Shown here in pieces: positions 26,371 through 37,599 of a stretch of 64,000 nucleotides of DNA. The stretch's first letter is position 1. Each line of letters opens with the position of its first letter. The stretch is from positions 296-64,295 of the forward strand of contig NZ_MLAV02000016.1 of assembly GCF_001870995.1 (NCBI RefSeq), given 5' to 3'. Under the pieces are notes generated by a model that saw only the letters and a list, made by a program, of their open reading frames with translations, was not told the origin of the DNA and did not search any database. This stretch comes from Chitinophaga sp. CB10 (GTDB taxonomy: Bacteria; Bacteroidota; Bacteroidia; Chitinophagales; Chitinophagaceae). A program made the translations under genes and the position numbers.

Positions 26371-27363
26371 TCAGCCCAGATCAATTTCTGTATTGTCGCC
26401 AATATTCAGGCTTTGGGAGAGCCCCCTGATGTTGGCATCGCTACCGATCAGGGAAGATTTGAGTACTACTTCGTACAGGTTACTGAAGGAGCCGATGATG
26501 GAATCCTTTACGATGGAGTAGTTCACTACGGTATTATCTCCTACGGCTACGTTGGGGCCGATGATGGAGTTTTTGATATTACAGCCTTCGCCAATGCTCA
26601 CCGGTGGTATGATGATGGTGTTTTCATACGGCAGTACCGGGTTGCTGGCGGCTTTATATTTTTTCAGGAGGATGGCGTTGGTTTCGAGGAGCGTGTCTTT
26701 CCGGCCGCAGTCGAACCAGTTGTTTACGCGGAAGCCATTGAATTTAACGCCGTTTTCGATCATGCATTCCAGCGCGTCGGTGAGCTGGAATTCGTCGTGC
26801 GATTTGATTTTATTATCCAGGTTTTTCTGGAGGCATTCAAAGAGCAGCGGCGTTTCTTTGACTTTATACAACCCTACGAGGGCCAGGTTGGATTTAGGGA
26901 TTTGTGGTTTTTCCACTACGCGGGTGATGAAGCCTGATTCATCCAGTTCGGCTACGCCGAAGTTGCGCGGGTCGTCCACTTTTTTGAGTCCCAGCATGGA
27001 GTACGGGGAGTTGATGACTTCCTGGAGGTCGCATTCCACGATGGTATCGCCGAGTACGATGAGTATCTCGTCGTTGGCGACTACTTCGCGGGTGAGCAGG
27101 ATGGCGTGGCCGGTACCTTCGCGGCTGTTTTGCTGCACGAAGTGACAGGTAAGGTTTGGATATTTATTTTCCACGTAGTTCTGGATCTTGTCGCCCAGGT
27201 AGCCTACGACGAATACGAATTCGCTGATACCTGCGTCAACAAGCTGATCAACAATAATACTGAGTATTGTACGACCTGCCAGTGGAATTAAAGCTTTGGG
27301 TTGAGTATATGTATGCGGACGGAGTTTAGTGCCTGCTCCGGCCACTGGTATTATTGCCTTCAT
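26371..27363 (-). CDS. Sugar-phosphate nucleotidyltransferase with C-terminal hexapeptide-repeat domain
   Basis: N-terminal MKAIIPVAGAGTKLRPHTYTQPKALIPLAG. The C-terminus carries Ile/Val/Gly hexapeptide-like repeats. Confidence 0.8.
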   Translation of the reverse strand: MKAIIPVAGAGTKLRPHTYTQPKALIPLAGRTILSIIVDQLVDAGISEFVFVVGYLGDKIQNYVENKYPNLTCHFVQQNSREGTGHAILLTREVVANDEILIVLGDTIVECDLQEVINSPYSMLGLKKVDDPRNFGVAELDESGFITRVVEKPQIPKSNLALVGLYKVKETPLLFECLQKNLDNKIKSHDEFQLTDALECMIENGVKFNGFRVNNWFDCGRKDTLLETNAILLKKYKAASNPVLPYENTIIIPPVSIGEGCNIKNSIIGPNVAVGDNTVVNYSIVKDSIIGSFSNLYEVVLKSSLIGSDANIRGLSQSLNIGDNTEIDLG

Positions 27364-27487
27364 GATGGGGCGAAAATAGGATAAATTTGGCTATCGTCAG
27401 ACCAGTATAAAAATATAGCAAAATCTTTATGTGACGGCAAATTAATTTTCTCCGGGGCTGCGCATTGCAATTGATTCAGGTTTATTC

Positions 27488-27495
27488 TACCTTTG
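27488..27495 (+). promoter_or_regulatory. -7 promoter box (TACCTTTG) with TTG at about -33 for glyA
   Basis: Exact TAnnTTTG match 20 nt upstream of ATG 27515. A TTG lies at 27465-27467. Confidence 0.5.
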
Positions 27496-27514
27496 CGTCA
27501 AATTTTAAGGCATC

Positions 27515-28795
27515 ATGCAAAGAGACCAGCAAATATTTGATATCATCCGCCAGGAGTTGGAGCGTCAGCGCCATGGCATTGAGTTGATCGCATCAGAAAA
27601 CTTCACCAGCCTTCAGGTAATGCAGGCGATGGGGAATGTGATGACAAACAAATATGCCGAAGGCTATCCAGGCAGAAGATATTACGGCGGTTGCGAAATC
27701 GTGGATCTGAGCGAGCAACTGGCTATTGACAGGGCAAAACAGATTTTCGGGATTGAGTATGCTAACGTGCAGCCTCACTCCGGCGCGCAAGCCAATGCTG
27801 CTGTAATGCTGGCAATTCTGCAACCGGGCGATAAGATTCTGGGTCTGGATCTGAGCATGGGCGGTCACCTGACACATGGTTCTGCCGTAAACTTTTCCGG
27901 TAAATTATATGAGCCTCATTTCTATGGCGTAAATAAGGAAACCGGCCTCGTAGAGTACGATAAAATGGAAGAAGTTGCTAACCGCGAGAAGCCAAAGCTG
28001 ATCGTGTGCGGCGCTTCTGCTTATAGCCGCGACTGGGATTACAAACGTATCCGCGAGATTGCGGACCAGGTGGGCGCTTTTGTACTGGCAGATATTGCGC
28101 ATCCTGCAGGTCTGATTGCCAAAGGCTTACTGAACTCTCCGTTTGAACATTGCCATTTTGTGACCACTACTACCCACAAAACCCTCCGTGGTCCACGTGG
28201 TGGTATGATTATGCTGGGCAAGGATTTCGAAAATCCGTTCGGCCTGAAAACGCCAAAAGGCGAAACCCGCATGATGAGTTCCCTGATTGATACAGCGGTA
28301 TTCCCGGGTATCCAGGGTGGTCCGCTGGAGCATGTGATTGCTGCCAAGGCGGTATCTTTCTTTGAAATTCTCTCTGACGACTATACGGTGTACGCTAACC
28401 AGATTATCAAGAATGCGCAGGCTATGGCGAAGAGCTTCGTAGACAGGGGCTACCAGATCGTTTCCGGCGGTACTGACAACCACCTGATGCTGATCGATCT
28501 GCGTAATAAGAACATCTCCGGTAAGAAAGCAGAACAGACCCTGGTGAAAGCGGATATCACTACCAATAAGAACATGGTTCCGTTTGATGATAAATCTGCT
28601 TTTGTTACTTCCGGTATTCGTGTAGGCGTGCCTGCGATCACTTCCCGTGGTCTTAAGGAAGGTCATATGGGCCAGATTGTGGATTGGATCGATCAGTTGC
28701 TGATGGATGCCGACAATGAGGCGCTGATCAGCAAGGTACGTGGCGAGGTGAATACCTTTATGCAGCAGTTTGCGCTGTATCCTGAATTGGGATAA
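27515..28795 (+). CDS. glyA: Serine hydroxymethyltransferase
   Basis: PLP-lysine context [15 protein letters not shown]. The protein is full length at 426 aa. Confidence 0.95.
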   Translation: MQRDQQIFDIIRQELERQRHGIELIASENFTSLQVMQAMGNVMTNKYAEGYPGRRYYGGCEIVDLSEQLAIDRAKQIFGIEYANVQPHSGAQANAAVMLAILQPGDKILGLDLSMGGHLTHGSAVNFSGKLYEPHFYGVNKETGLVEYDKMEEVANREKPKLIVCGASAYSRDWDYKRIREIADQVGAFVLADIAHPAGLIAKGLLNSPFEHCHFVTTTTHKTLRGPRGGMIMLGKDFENPFGLKTPKGETRMMSSLIDTAVFPGIQGGPLEHVIAAKAVSFFEILSDDYTVYANQIIKNAQAMAKSFVDRGYQIVSGGTDNHLMLIDLRNKNISGKKAEQTLVKADITTNKNMVPFDDKSAFVTSGIRVGVPAITSRGLKEGHMGQIVDWIDQLLMDADNEALISKVRGEVNTFMQQFALYPELG

Positions 28796-28816
28796 GCGTT
28801 TGAATATTTTTTTGTG

Positions 28817-28849
28817 GTCCCGCCGGCTCACGCCGGCGGGACTTTTTTT
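28817..28849 (+). terminator. glyA rho-independent terminator
   Basis: gtcccgccggc / gccggcgggac with a 4-nt loop, followed by TTTTTTT. Confidence 0.8.
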
Positions 28850-28924
28850 ATGTGCGTTGCCTCCCCCATCTTATCATCTCCCTTAAATAAATTTTGCGCT
28901 TTCAAAAGAATTTGTACTTTTATG

Positions 28925-28946
28925 GTGTACTAGTTAAGTAGTACAC
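28925..28946. promoter_or_regulatory. Candidate GntR-family operator palindrome
   Basis: GTGTACTA-N6-TAGTACAC, a perfect 8-bp inverted repeat. It lies 20 nt upstream of the first gene of the operon that encodes the GntR regulator. Confidence 0.5.
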
Positions 28947-28965
28947 TAAACCACATCCTTTAGTT

Positions 28966-29799
28966 ATGATTAACATCCAATCCCTAAAATTCAGCTACAA
29001 AGCGGGCAGGCCGTTGTTTGAGAACCTGCATCTCCAACTGCTGCCGGGTCATATATATGGCCTGCTGGGCAAAAACGGAGCAGGTAAATCCACCCTGCTG
29101 AAACAGATCACCGGGTTATTATTTCCGGATGCCGGCAAAGTGGAAGTATTTGGCGAAGTAGCGGCCCAACGGAACCCTTCTTTCCTGCAGGATATCTTTT
29201 TAGTGCCGGAGGAATTATATCTCCCCAAAGTAAAAATCAACCAGTACCTGGCAACGCGGGCTTGCTTTTATCCGAAGTTTGACCACCAGGCATTTGAAAG
29301 CTACCTGAGGGAGTTTGAAATTCCGCTGAACCAGTATCTCCCTGAAATGTCTTACGGGCAGAAGAAAAAGTTTGTCATCAGCTTTGCGCTGGCTGCCAAC
29401 ACCCGTGTAGTGGTGATGGACGAGCCTACGAACGGGCTGGACATCCCCAGCAAGAGCACTTTCCGTAAACTGATTGCGGGCTCTCTCACAGAGGAGAAGT
29501 GCATTATTATTTCCACTCACCAGGTGCGGGATCTGGACAACCTGATTGATAGCATTGTGATCATTGACAACCACCGGATCATTTTCCGGGAGGCGGTTGA
29601 AACGGTGACGGATAAACTGAGTTTCAAAGTGGTGCCGCAGCTAAATCCGGCGGAAACGGTGTTGTATGCGGACAGCAACCTGCGGGGCCATGCTATTGTA
29701 ACGCCCAACAAGCACCAGGAACACAGTAAAATCGATATGGAACTGCTGTTCAACGCCGTCCTCTCCAACCGTCAATCTATCCAGGAAATTTTCAACTGA
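28966..29799 (+). CDS. ABC transporter ATP-binding protein
   Basis: Walker A GLLGKNGAGKST, signature MSYGQKKK, Walker B VVVMDEP. Confidence 0.85.
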   Translation: MINIQSLKFSYKAGRPLFENLHLQLLPGHIYGLLGKNGAGKSTLLKQITGLLFPDAGKVEVFGEVAAQRNPSFLQDIFLVPEELYLPKVKINQYLATRACFYPKFDHQAFESYLREFEIPLNQYLPEMSYGQKKKFVISFALAANTRVVVMDEPTNGLDIPSKSTFRKLIAGSLTEEKCIIISTHQVRDLDNLIDSIVIIDNHRIIFREAVETVTDKLSFKVVPQLNPAETVLYADSNLRGHAIVTPNKHQEHSKIDMELLFNAVLSNRQSIQEIFN

Positions 29800-29804
29800 T
29801 CATT

Positions 29805-30620
29805 ATGCAGAACAACTTCTTTTCTATCAACAGAATGGGCATGTACCTCCGGAAAGAAATTTCGGACAACTATAAAACCTACCTGCTCTCCATCGCGCTG
29901 ATGCTGGCCCTGGGCGTAGGCATCGCGCTCTTTGCCTTCGCCAATCTCAACCAATGGGAAAAAGAAATCAAAGTATCGCATATACTGCCGGTCTATATTA
30001 TCTTCTTTACCCTGTTCATCGGGCTGGACGCCTCCAGGAGCTTCAATGCGCTGGCTAAAACAGAGAGGCGTATGGACTTCTTCCTGCTGCCGGCGTCCAA
30101 ATTTGAAAAGGTTTTGGGCCAGTACCTGATTACGTTCATTTTTGTTTCCGTGATTTTCCATTGCTGCGCCTGGGTTAGTTTCCAAACTTACCAGAGCCTT
30201 GTGGTGACTTACAAACAGGCTGTCATGATTTACGACTGGGACCAGGTGTTCCCTCCGAAATTCACCTACGGCAATTACCTGCAACTGATGCTGGGCCTGC
30301 ATGCCGCCTTCTTCTTCGGGGCTACGTTTTTCTACAGGTTTAGCTTTCCGAAGATATTCTTTTGCTTCCTGATTTTCCTGTTTGGCATCTGGTTTATCAA
30401 CATTGCCATTACCAATGCGCTGTTCGGAAAAGCGCTGCATGACTGGTACACCAACCTGCCTTATTTCGCCATTTTCACCGGCAATGACCGCATGCACAAT
30501 TTCGCCTACGTAGTGCCGGAATGGTTAGGCAGGGCGAACCTTTTCATTGCGCAGTTCCTGCTGATACCGGCATTATGGGTGTTGAGCTATTTCCGGATCA
30601 GTGATAAAGAAATCCAATAA
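29805..30620 (+). CDS. Integral membrane protein (probable permease partner of the ABC ATPase)
   Basis: 271 aa with about 6 hydrophobic helices. It starts 6 nt after the ATPase gene. Confidence 0.6.
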   Translation: MQNNFFSINRMGMYLRKEISDNYKTYLLSIALMLALGVGIALFAFANLNQWEKEIKVSHILPVYIIFFTLFIGLDASRSFNALAKTERRMDFFLLPASKFEKVLGQYLITFIFVSVIFHCCAWVSFQTYQSLVVTYKQAVMIYDWDQVFPPKFTYGNYLQLMLGLHAAFFFGATFFYRFSFPKIFFCFLIFLFGIWFINIAITNALFGKALHDWYTNLPYFAIFTGNDRMHNFAYVVPEWLGRANLFIAQFLLIPALWVLSYFRISDKEIQ

Positions 30621-30631
30621 AACGTTGACAA

Positions 30632-31015
30632 ATGGAATTCAAAGATACCCAGGCAATCTACCTCCAGATTGCTGATTACATAAACGAACAGATACTGCTG
30701 GGGAAATGGCAGCCGGAAGAGAAGATCCCCTCCGTGCGGGAGCTGGCCGTAGCGCTGGAAGTAAATCCCAATACGGTGATGCGGACCTGCGAGCTGCTGC
30801 AACAACAGGAGATCATTGCCAACAAGCGTGGCATCGGTTATTTTATCCAGCAGGACGCCGTGAAAAAAATTATTGCAGCAAAGAAGGAGGCCTTCATCAG
30901 CAATGAGCTGCCGCAGTTTTTCCGGAGCCTGTACCTGCTGGATATGACCCTGGACGACCTCAAACCTTATTACGCCACTTTCAGGCAAAATAAAATTAAC
31001 GGACATGAAAACTAG
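30632..31015 (+). CDS. GntR family transcriptional regulator (YtrA-like, short)
   Basis: Winged HTH motif KIPSVRELAVALEVNPNTVMRTCELLQQQEII. Length is 127 aa. Confidence 0.85.
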   Translation: MEFKDTQAIYLQIADYINEQILLGKWQPEEKIPSVRELAVALEVNPNTVMRTCELLQQQEIIANKRGIGYFIQQDAVKKIIAAKKEAFISNELPQFFRSLYLLDMTLDDLKPYYATFRQNKINGHEN

Positions 31016-31745
31016 TACCAAACTCATCATAGGATTTTTAGGCTTCCTGCTATTCATGCTATTACTGACGGACATTACCATCTGGGCCAATTACAAAAAA
31101 GGCATTACCAATGAAGAATGGATTGGGGTCAACAACGGCAAAGTCAACCGGGAAGCGGAAAGAAAAATTTTACCAGCCAGCGTGCAACCTTTTAAAGTCC
31201 TGGTCGTCTTTAATACGGATGTGATCCGGCGGAGCCGTTCAAATGCCGACAGTACAAGGGTTGAATACAGTGAAGAGGTACGGCAAACAAACCGGGTGGA
31301 GCTGGTACAGGAGGAGGCATGGTCCGTCACTGCATATGAAGGCGGCCAATTCACCAGGAAGGGCGATACGCTTCTGATAACTTTAACAAGCCGGTCAGGC
31401 GGATTCAGGGTAGCGATAGGCAAAGAGGCCCCGGAGATTATCAACCATGCTGCCTGGATGGATATATCCGGCATCTATGTGGATAACCTGGCGATTAGCT
31501 CAGATACTTCCGCCAGGACGGTTATCAACAATTCGGGAATCGGGCAATTCACCTACAGGGGTGGCCGGAATACCAGGCTGGAAATTTCTACCTGTCCGGA
31601 TTTCAACCATGCGGATATTTCCTTTGCAGACGGGGGCGCCATCAGCCTGTACGATGTTTATTTCAAACAACATCGTTTCAATTTTGATGACAAGGTGGAT
31701 GTATCGATGAACGGGAAATCCGTGAAGATTATCTCCGGACAATAA
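31005..31745 (+). CDS. Hypothetical membrane-anchored protein
   Basis: N-terminal TM helix LIIGFLGFLLFMLLLTDITIW. It overlaps the GntR gene by 11 nt. I recognise no motif. Confidence 0.5.
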   Translation: MKTSTKLIIGFLGFLLFMLLLTDITIWANYKKGITNEEWIGVNNGKVNREAERKILPASVQPFKVLVVFNTDVIRRSRSNADSTRVEYSEEVRQTNRVELVQEEAWSVTAYEGGQFTRKGDTLLITLTSRSGGFRVAIGKEAPEIINHAAWMDISGIYVDNLAISSDTSARTVINNSGIGQFTYRGGRNTRLEISTCPDFNHADISFADGGAISLYDVYFKQHRFNFDDKVDVSMNGKSVKIISGQ

Positions 31746-31846
31746 CAATAGTGTTAAGAATAAATTATACTTATCAGTTTTACAAGCAATAAAAAAAGCC
31801 CTGATCTCCATCAGGACTTCTTTAACAACATTTTCCAAAAAGCAAG

Positions 31847-31872
31847 GATGCCGATTTCCATCGGCATTTTTT
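31847..31872 (+). terminator. Hairpin plus T-run between convergent genes
   Basis: atgccgat / atcggcat with loop ttcc, followed by TTTTTTTATTT. Confidence 0.55.
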
Positions 31873-33053
31873 TATTTGGTGAACTGGGTGGCCAGGTAAG
31901 CCATCGTGCCCATTCCTATTTCAATCGCTTTTTCATCGACATCGAAGGTGGGGGTATGCACACCGGAGGTTATACCTCTGGCCACATTACCGGTACCGAG
32001 TCTGAAAAAGCAGGCAGGTATGATTTGAGAGTAGAACGCAAAATCTTCCGCGCCCATACGGATTTCCGTGTCCACTACCGCGTCCTTCCCGAGGTAATCT
32101 TCCGCGAGGCTGCGGGCCTGGGCGGTTACCGCTTCGTTGTTATAGAGGGTAGGATACCCAACGAGGATATCGATATCAATTTCAGCGCCCATAGCTTCCG
32201 CAATGCCTTTGGCTTGTTTGCGGATCAGGTCGTGCGCCTTGAAGCGCCAGGTTTCGTCCATTGCCCGGAAAGTACCCATGAGCTTCACTTCGCTGGGGAT
32301 TACGTTGGTGGTGAAACCGCCGTTGAATGCGCAGATGCTGAGTACGGACGGGGAGAAAGGATTGTTGTTGCGGGAGATGATCTGCTGCAGCCCTACGACG
32401 ATATGGGAGGCGATGAGGATGGTATCCGCCGTCAGCTGGGGCAGCGCGGCATGGCCGCCTTTTCCTTTTACGGTGATGTAGATTTCATCCGCGCTGGCCA
32501 TGTACTGGCCGGCTCTGAAGCCTACGATGCCTGCTTCCATGGTGGGCTGCACGTGCATACCCAGGATTGCGTCCGGCTTTGGATTTTCCAGGGCTCCTTC
32601 TTCGATCATGATGCTGGCGCCCCCGGGATGCTTTTCTTCTCCCGGCTGGAATAAAATTTTTATCGTTCCTTCAAACTGGTCTTTTAGTTCGTGCAGGATG
32701 CGTGTTGCGCCGAGTACACAGGTCGTATGCACATCGTGCCCGCAGGCGTGCATTACGCCGGTGTGCTGGGATTTATAAGGCACGTCGTTGGCTTCGGTAA
32801 TGGGCAATGCATCGATATCGGCACGCAGGGCGATTACCCTGGAAGCCGGATTCCGGCCTTCAATCAGCGCGATAACGCCTGTTCCGGCGATGCCGGCGGT
32901 AAAGGGAACACCGTATTCCGTCAGTTTCTGCTGGATGAATCCGGAGGTTTTATATTCCTGGAAAGAGAGTTCGGGGTGTGCATGCAGGTGATGCCTGATG
33001 CTGATAAACTCAGGAGCGTAGGCTTTTGCCAGCTCCTTAATTAGATTCTTCAT
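31872..33053 (-). CDS. M20 family amidohydrolase (N-acyl-amino acid amidohydrolase-like)
   Basis: Motifs HLHAHPELSFQE, MHACGHDVH and FQPGEE. Confidence 0.85.
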   Translation of the reverse strand: MKNLIKELAKAYAPEFISIRHHLHAHPELSFQEYKTSGFIQQKLTEYGVPFTAGIAGTGVIALIEGRNPASRVIALRADIDALPITEANDVPYKSQHTGVMHACGHDVHTTCVLGATRILHELKDQFEGTIKILFQPGEEKHPGGASIMIEEGALENPKPDAILGMHVQPTMEAGIVGFRAGQYMASADEIYITVKGKGGHAALPQLTADTILIASHIVVGLQQIISRNNNPFSPSVLSICAFNGGFTTNVIPSEVKLMGTFRAMDETWRFKAHDLIRKQAKGIAEAMGAEIDIDILVGYPTLYNNEAVTAQARSLAEDYLGKDAVVDTEIRMGAEDFAFYSQIIPACFFRLGTGNVARGITSGVHTPTFDVDEKAIEIGMGTMAYLATQFTK

Positions 33054-33471
33054 TAGATAGTTCTTTATCCGGTGTCACGTTAATAGTAGCTGGTACCACA
33101 AATACTCCTCCTGAGAAAAGGCTGGAGAGTTTATCACGCAGCTCGCTGGCTTCCTCGCGGCTTTTGTAGTCGCCCACACGCACTTTGAAATAAGGCGCCT
33201 GGAATTCGAGGTAGGTGCGCACATCCGGGTATAACTGCATCACCTTTTGTTTAGCTTCGTTGGCATCGGCGCGTTTGTTGGTAGAAATCACCTGCACCCG
33301 GAAGCCGGGCTGATTGCGGATAGCGAGGGTATTGATGTAGATTTGCTTTTTGATCAGCACATCGATACGGCTATCTTTAATCACCTTTACGTTCCCATTG
33401 CTGGCCACGTCCTGCGCCATAACGCAGGTACTTCCGAGGAGGCAGCAGATCAGGATGAAAATCTTATGCAT
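33037..33471 (-). CDS. SPOR domain-containing protein
   Basis: Signal peptide, then GFRVQVIS...APYFKVRVGDYKSREEA, which is typical of a SPOR repeat. Confidence 0.75.
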   Translation of the reverse strand: MHKIFILICCLLGSTCVMAQDVASNGNVKVIKDSRIDVLIKKQIYINTLAIRNQPGFRVQVISTNKRADANEAKQKVMQLYPDVRTYLEFQAPYFKVRVGDYKSREEASELRDKLSSLFSGGVFVVPATINVTPDKELSNEESN

Positions 33472-33495
33472 AGCTTAAAAATTGGTCGTTAGCAA

Positions 33496-34152
33496 TCAGG
33501 CCTTCGCCTCTTTTACGATGGATACGCTGGCGCTGGCGCCGATGCGGGTAGCGCCGGCAGCAATCAGTTCCTGCGCAAAGGCGAGGGTACGGATACCGCC
33601 GCTGGCTTTGATCTGGATATCGGCCGGCAGGTTGGCGCGCATGAGTTGCACGGCATGCACGCTGGCGCCCTTCTCGGCGTAGCCGGTAGAGGTTTTAACA
33701 AAATCCACGCCGTACTTCGCATACAGCTGGCAGCATTTGATGATTTCTTCATCCGTGAGGATGCCGCTTTCGATGATCACCTTCACAATTTTCTGTTTCT
33801 CGCGGATAATCATCATCAGGCTGGCAATTTCCCTTTCCAGGAATTCCCAGTCTTTATTTTTTATAGCGGAGATATTGATCACCACGTCCAGCTCATCTGC
33901 CCCGTCCACTATTGCCAGTACCGTTTCGGCTACCTTGGCTTCAATGGCGGAATATCCGAACGGGAATCCGATCACGGTTGCCACCCTGGTATCGGTGCTG
34001 CCCAAAAATTGCTTGGCCAGCTTTACGAACAGCGGCGGCACGCAGGCAGCGGCGAAGTTGTATTCCACGCATTCCATGCACAGGTTCTTGATATCTTCCA
34101 GCGTAGTGGTCGGCTTCAATACGGTATGATCTATATAGCGGTTTATCTCCAT
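33496..34152 (-). CDS. deoC: Deoxyribose-phosphate aldolase
   Basis: VKVIIE...DFVKTSTGY (Schiff-base lysine context) and IKASGGIRT. Confidence 0.9.
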   Translation of the reverse strand: MEINRYIDHTVLKPTTTLEDIKNLCMECVEYNFAAACVPPLFVKLAKQFLGSTDTRVATVIGFPFGYSAIEAKVAETVLAIVDGADELDVVINISAIKNKDWEFLEREIASLMMIIREKQKIVKVIIESGILTDEEIIKCCQLYAKYGVDFVKTSTGYAEKGASVHAVQLMRANLPADIQIKASGGIRTLAFAQELIAAGATRIGASASVSIVKEAKA

Positions 34153-34278
34153 TTTGTACAGTTATTACGGCGAAATTAAATAAAAAAACGGATTGCGTTT
34201 TCTGCAATCCGTTTTCAGGAACGTATGGCTGTTAAGCTGAGGGCAAATAACAACCATTATTGACGATGGCGCTCTCCA

Positions 34279-37200
34279 TTACAGGTCGCGGCCATGACAT
34301 TGTTTGAATTTTTTACCGCTTCCGCAAGGGCAAGGATCGTTACGGCCAACTTTAGGGCCTACGCGTACCGGTTCGGATTTTTCTTCCACTTCCTGCGCGT
34401 ATTGCGGGCCTGATTCCTGGTAGCTGGCATGCTCGTTCACATCTTCGTGGGTAGCGCGCATTTTGCTCATATCAGTCCTTTCTTCCGGGCGGCGTGCTTC
34501 TTCTACCAGCTGCTCTTCCGGTTCGTCCTGTTGTACAGGGATCATGGATTTGCAAAGGAAGGAAACGATATCGCGGCTGGTTTCGCCATCCATTTGTTTG
34601 AAGAGGTTGAACGCTTCAAATTTATAGATCAGCAACGGATCTTTCTGTTCGTAAACGGCGCTCTGTACGGATTGTTTCAGGTCGTCCATTGCGCGGAGAT
34701 GTTCTTTCCAGGCGTCGTCGATCAGGTGCAGGGTGATGTTGCGCTCCAGGGAGTTCATCACTTCATGACCGTTGGTAGCAACGATCTGCTGCAGGTCCGC
34801 ATAGATCCAGAGTTGTTTTCTGCCGTCGTGGAAAGGCACGCGGATGGTACCGAACTGGTTGTGCTGCTGCAGGATGTTCTGCGCGGCTTCCAGCATGTGG
34901 GCGCTGATGGCGTCTACTTTACGCTGGTAGTTGGATTTCGCTTCGTTGTAGAGGCGGGTAGCCAGCGCCTGGCCGTCTGTACGCGCCAGTTCTTCGGCCG
35001 TTATCTCTGTATCGATCGCGAAGTTCATGATAGCGTCCATTTTGAAAGCTTCGTGGTCGCCGCTTTCTTTATGGGTGGTGATCATGTTTTCTGCCACGTC
35101 GTAGAATGCGTTGTCGATATCAATTGCCAGACGTTCGCCGAAGAGGGCGTGGTTACGTTTGGAATAGATAACAGTACGCTGTTTATTCATTACGTCATCG
35201 TATTCGAGCAGGCGTTTACGGATACCGAAGTTGTTTTCTTCTACTTTTTTCTGCGCTCTTTCGATGGAGCGGGTGATCATGCTGTGCTGGATCACTTCTC
35301 CTTCCTTGTAGCCCATACGGTCCATCAGGCCGGCGATACGATCGGAACCGAACATACGCATCAGGTCATCTTCCAGGGATACGAAGAACTGGGAAGATCC
35401 CGGATCACCCTGACGGCCGGCACGGCCACGCAGCTGCCTGTCTACACGGCGGCTTTCGTGTCTTTCCGTACCGATGATGGCCAGACCGCCGGCTTCTTTC
35501 ACGCCAGGTCCGAGCTTGATATCCGTACCACGGCCCGCCATGTTGGTAGCGATGGTAACGGCGCCGGCCAAACCAGCCGCAGCCACCACCTGTGCTTCAC
35601 GGGCGTGTTGTTTTGCGTTGAGTACGTTGTGAGGGATTTTTTCGAAGGTCAGCATTTTGCTCAGCAATTCGGACACCTCTACGGAAGTGGTACCTACCAG
35701 TACCGGGCGGCCTTGTGCCTGGAGCTTTTTGATCTCTTCGATCACTGCCTTGTATTTATCTCTCTTGGTTTTGTACACCAGGTCTTCCGCATCGATGCGG
35801 GAGATAGGAATGTTGGTAGGAATAGTTACCACATCCAGTTTGTAGATTTCCCAGAACTCGCCTGCTTCTGTGGAAGCGGTACCGGTCATACCAGCCAGTT
35901 TGTGGTACATACGGAAGTAGTTCTGTAAGGTGATGGTCGCAAAGGTTTGGGTAGCGGCTTCCACTTTCACGTTTTCCTTCGCTTCAATGGCCTGGTGCAA
36001 ACCATCGGAGTAGCGGCGGCCATCGAGGATACGGCCCGTCTGCTCATCTACGATTTTTACTTTATCGTCGATCACCACATATTCCACATCTTTTTCAAAG
36101 AGGGTATATGCTTTCAGGAGTTGTTGTACGGAGTGGATACGGTCTGATTTCTGAGCGAAGTCCTGCAGCAGCATGTCTTTACGTTGCAGTTTTTCTTCAG
36201 GGGACACGTCCATTTTTTCGATTTCAGCGATTTCGCTACCTACATCCGGCATGATGAAGAAGTCTGCATCTTCGCCGGCTTTGGTGATCTGTGCGATACC
36301 TTTATCGGTGAGGTCTACGCTGTTATTCTTTTCTTCGATAGTGAAGTACAGGCCGGCGTCTACTTTCGGCATTTCGCGCTGCTGATCTGCCAGGTAGTAG
36401 TTTTCCGCTTTTTGCAGCAATACTTTCATACCCGGTTCGCTGAGGAACTTGATCAGGGCGCTGCTCTTCGGCAAGCCTCTGTAAGCGCGCATCAGGGCCA
36501 GACCACCGGTTTTGGGATCGTCCTTTCCTTCGGCGATGAGCTTTTTGGCTTCGAGCAGGTATTTATTCACTTCTCTTTTTTGCAGTTCAAACAGCTCGGC
36601 GATACGCGGTTTCAGGATATGGAACTCCTGTTCTTCGCCACGGTGTACCGGGCCGGAGATAATCAGCGGGGTACGGGCATCGTCGATCAATACGCTATCC
36701 ACCTCATCGACCATGGCATAGTGGTGTTTGCGTTGTACCATTTCTTCAGGGCTATGCACCATGTTATCACGGAGATAGTCGAAGCCGAATTCGTTATTGG
36801 TACCGTAGGTAATATCCGCGAGGTAAGCCTGGCGACGTGCAGGGCTGTTAGGCTGGTGCGCGTCGATACAGTCTACCGTAATATCGAGGAACTCGAACAG
36901 CGGGCCGTTCCATTCGGAGTCACGCTGAGCGAGGTAAGTGTTTACTGTTACGATGTGTACGCCTTCGCCTGCCAGTGCGTTGAGGTAGGCAGGCAGGGTG
37001 GATACCAGGGTTTTACCTTCACCCGTAGCCATTTCGGCGATCTTACCCTGGTGCAGGGCGATACCACCGATCAGCTGTACGTCATAGTGCACCATGTTCC
37101 AGGTCACCTGGTTGCCGGCGGCGGTCCAGGAGTTTTTCCAGATGGCTTTATCGCCTTCGATGGTCACATAATCTTTGGTAACAGCCAGCTGGCGGTCGAG

Positions 37201-37599
37201 CGCCGTAGCGGTGGCAGTGAGGGTGGTGTTGGTAGCGAAGCGGCGTGCTGCTTCCTTGATTACTGCAAAAGCCTGCGGCAACAGTTCGAGGAGTACTACC
37301 TCCAGTTGCTTGTCACGGTCTTTTTTCAGTGCGTCTATTTCCTGGTAAATAGCATCTTTTATGGTTACATCCTCTGAGCTATCGGCAGTTTCCTTTTTCT
37401 CGGCTATTTCTTTATCGATAGCGGCAAGGTGTTCCTTGATACGAGCGCGGAATTCCTGGGTTTTATGACGCAGGTCGTCAATAGGCAGGGATTGCAGTTT
37501 TTCAAACTCCTCATTGACCTGCTTCACTATTGGAGCGATAGACTTGATATCTCTTTCAGACTTATTCCCTCCAAACAGTTTTGTTAAAAAACCTAGCAT
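34279..37599 (-). CDS. secA: Preprotein translocase subunit SecA
   Basis: 1106 aa. DEAD-type motor motifs ([30 protein letters not shown]) and the C-terminal zinc motif [14 protein letters not shown]. Confidence 0.97.
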   Translation of the reverse strand: MLGFLTKLFGGNKSERDIKSIAPIVKQVNEEFEKLQSLPIDDLRHKTQEFRARIKEHLAAIDKEIAEKKETADSSEDVTIKDAIYQEIDALKKDRDKQLEVVLLELLPQAFAVIKEAARRFATNTTLTATATALDRQLAVTKDYVTIEGDKAIWKNSWTAAGNQVTWNMVHYDVQLIGGIALHQGKIAEMATGEGKTLVSTLPAYLNALAGEGVHIVTVNTYLAQRDSEWNGPLFEFLDITVDCIDAHQPNSPARRQAYLADITYGTNNEFGFDYLRDNMVHSPEEMVQRKHHYAMVDEVDSVLIDDARTPLIISGPVHRGEEQEFHILKPRIAELFELQKREVNKYLLEAKKLIAEGKDDPKTGGLALMRAYRGLPKSSALIKFLSEPGMKVLLQKAENYYLADQQREMPKVDAGLYFTIEEKNNSVDLTDKGIAQITKAGEDADFFIMPDVGSEIAEIEKMDVSPEEKLQRKDMLLQDFAQKSDRIHSVQQLLKAYTLFEKDVEYVVIDDKVKIVDEQTGRILDGRRYSDGLHQAIEAKENVKVEAATQTFATITLQNYFRMYHKLAGMTGTASTEAGEFWEIYKLDVVTIPTNIPISRIDAEDLVYKTKRDKYKAVIEEIKKLQAQGRPVLVGTTSVEVSELLSKMLTFEKIPHNVLNAKQHAREAQVVAAAGLAGAVTIATNMAGRGTDIKLGPGVKEAGGLAIIGTERHESRRVDRQLRGRAGRQGDPGSSQFFVSLEDDLMRMFGSDRIAGLMDRMGYKEGEVIQHSMITRSIERAQKKVEENNFGIRKRLLEYDDVMNKQRTVIYSKRNHALFGERLAIDIDNAFYDVAENMITTHKESGDHEAFKMDAIMNFAIDTEITAEELARTDGQALATRLYNEAKSNYQRKVDAISAHMLEAAQNILQQHNQFGTIRVPFHDGRKQLWIYADLQQIVATNGHEVMNSLERNITLHLIDDAWKEHLRAMDDLKQSVQSAVYEQKDPLLIYKFEAFNLFKQMDGETSRDIVSFLCKSMIPVQQDEPEEQLVEEARRPEERTDMSKMRATHEDVNEHASYQESGPQYAQEVEEKSEPVRVGPKVGRNDPCPCGSGKKFKQCHGRDL

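Noticed and set aside
34429-35928. Long antisense ORFs inside GC-rich conserved genes. This one is opposite secA. Others lie at 19479-20084 opposite dnaA, 57856-59448 and 59701-60837 opposite uvrA, 43733-44743, 47598-48677, 50940-51905, 39412-40362, 40525-41316, 41970-42818, 22121-22735, 23668-24468, 25613-26239, 28127-28831, 29772-30497, 31848-32654, 55662-56381 and 62646-63413.
   Set aside because: In every case the opposite strand encodes a protein with unmistakable family motifs. The antisense translations are Arg/Gly/His-rich low-complexity strings, as expected for stop-poor antisense frames.
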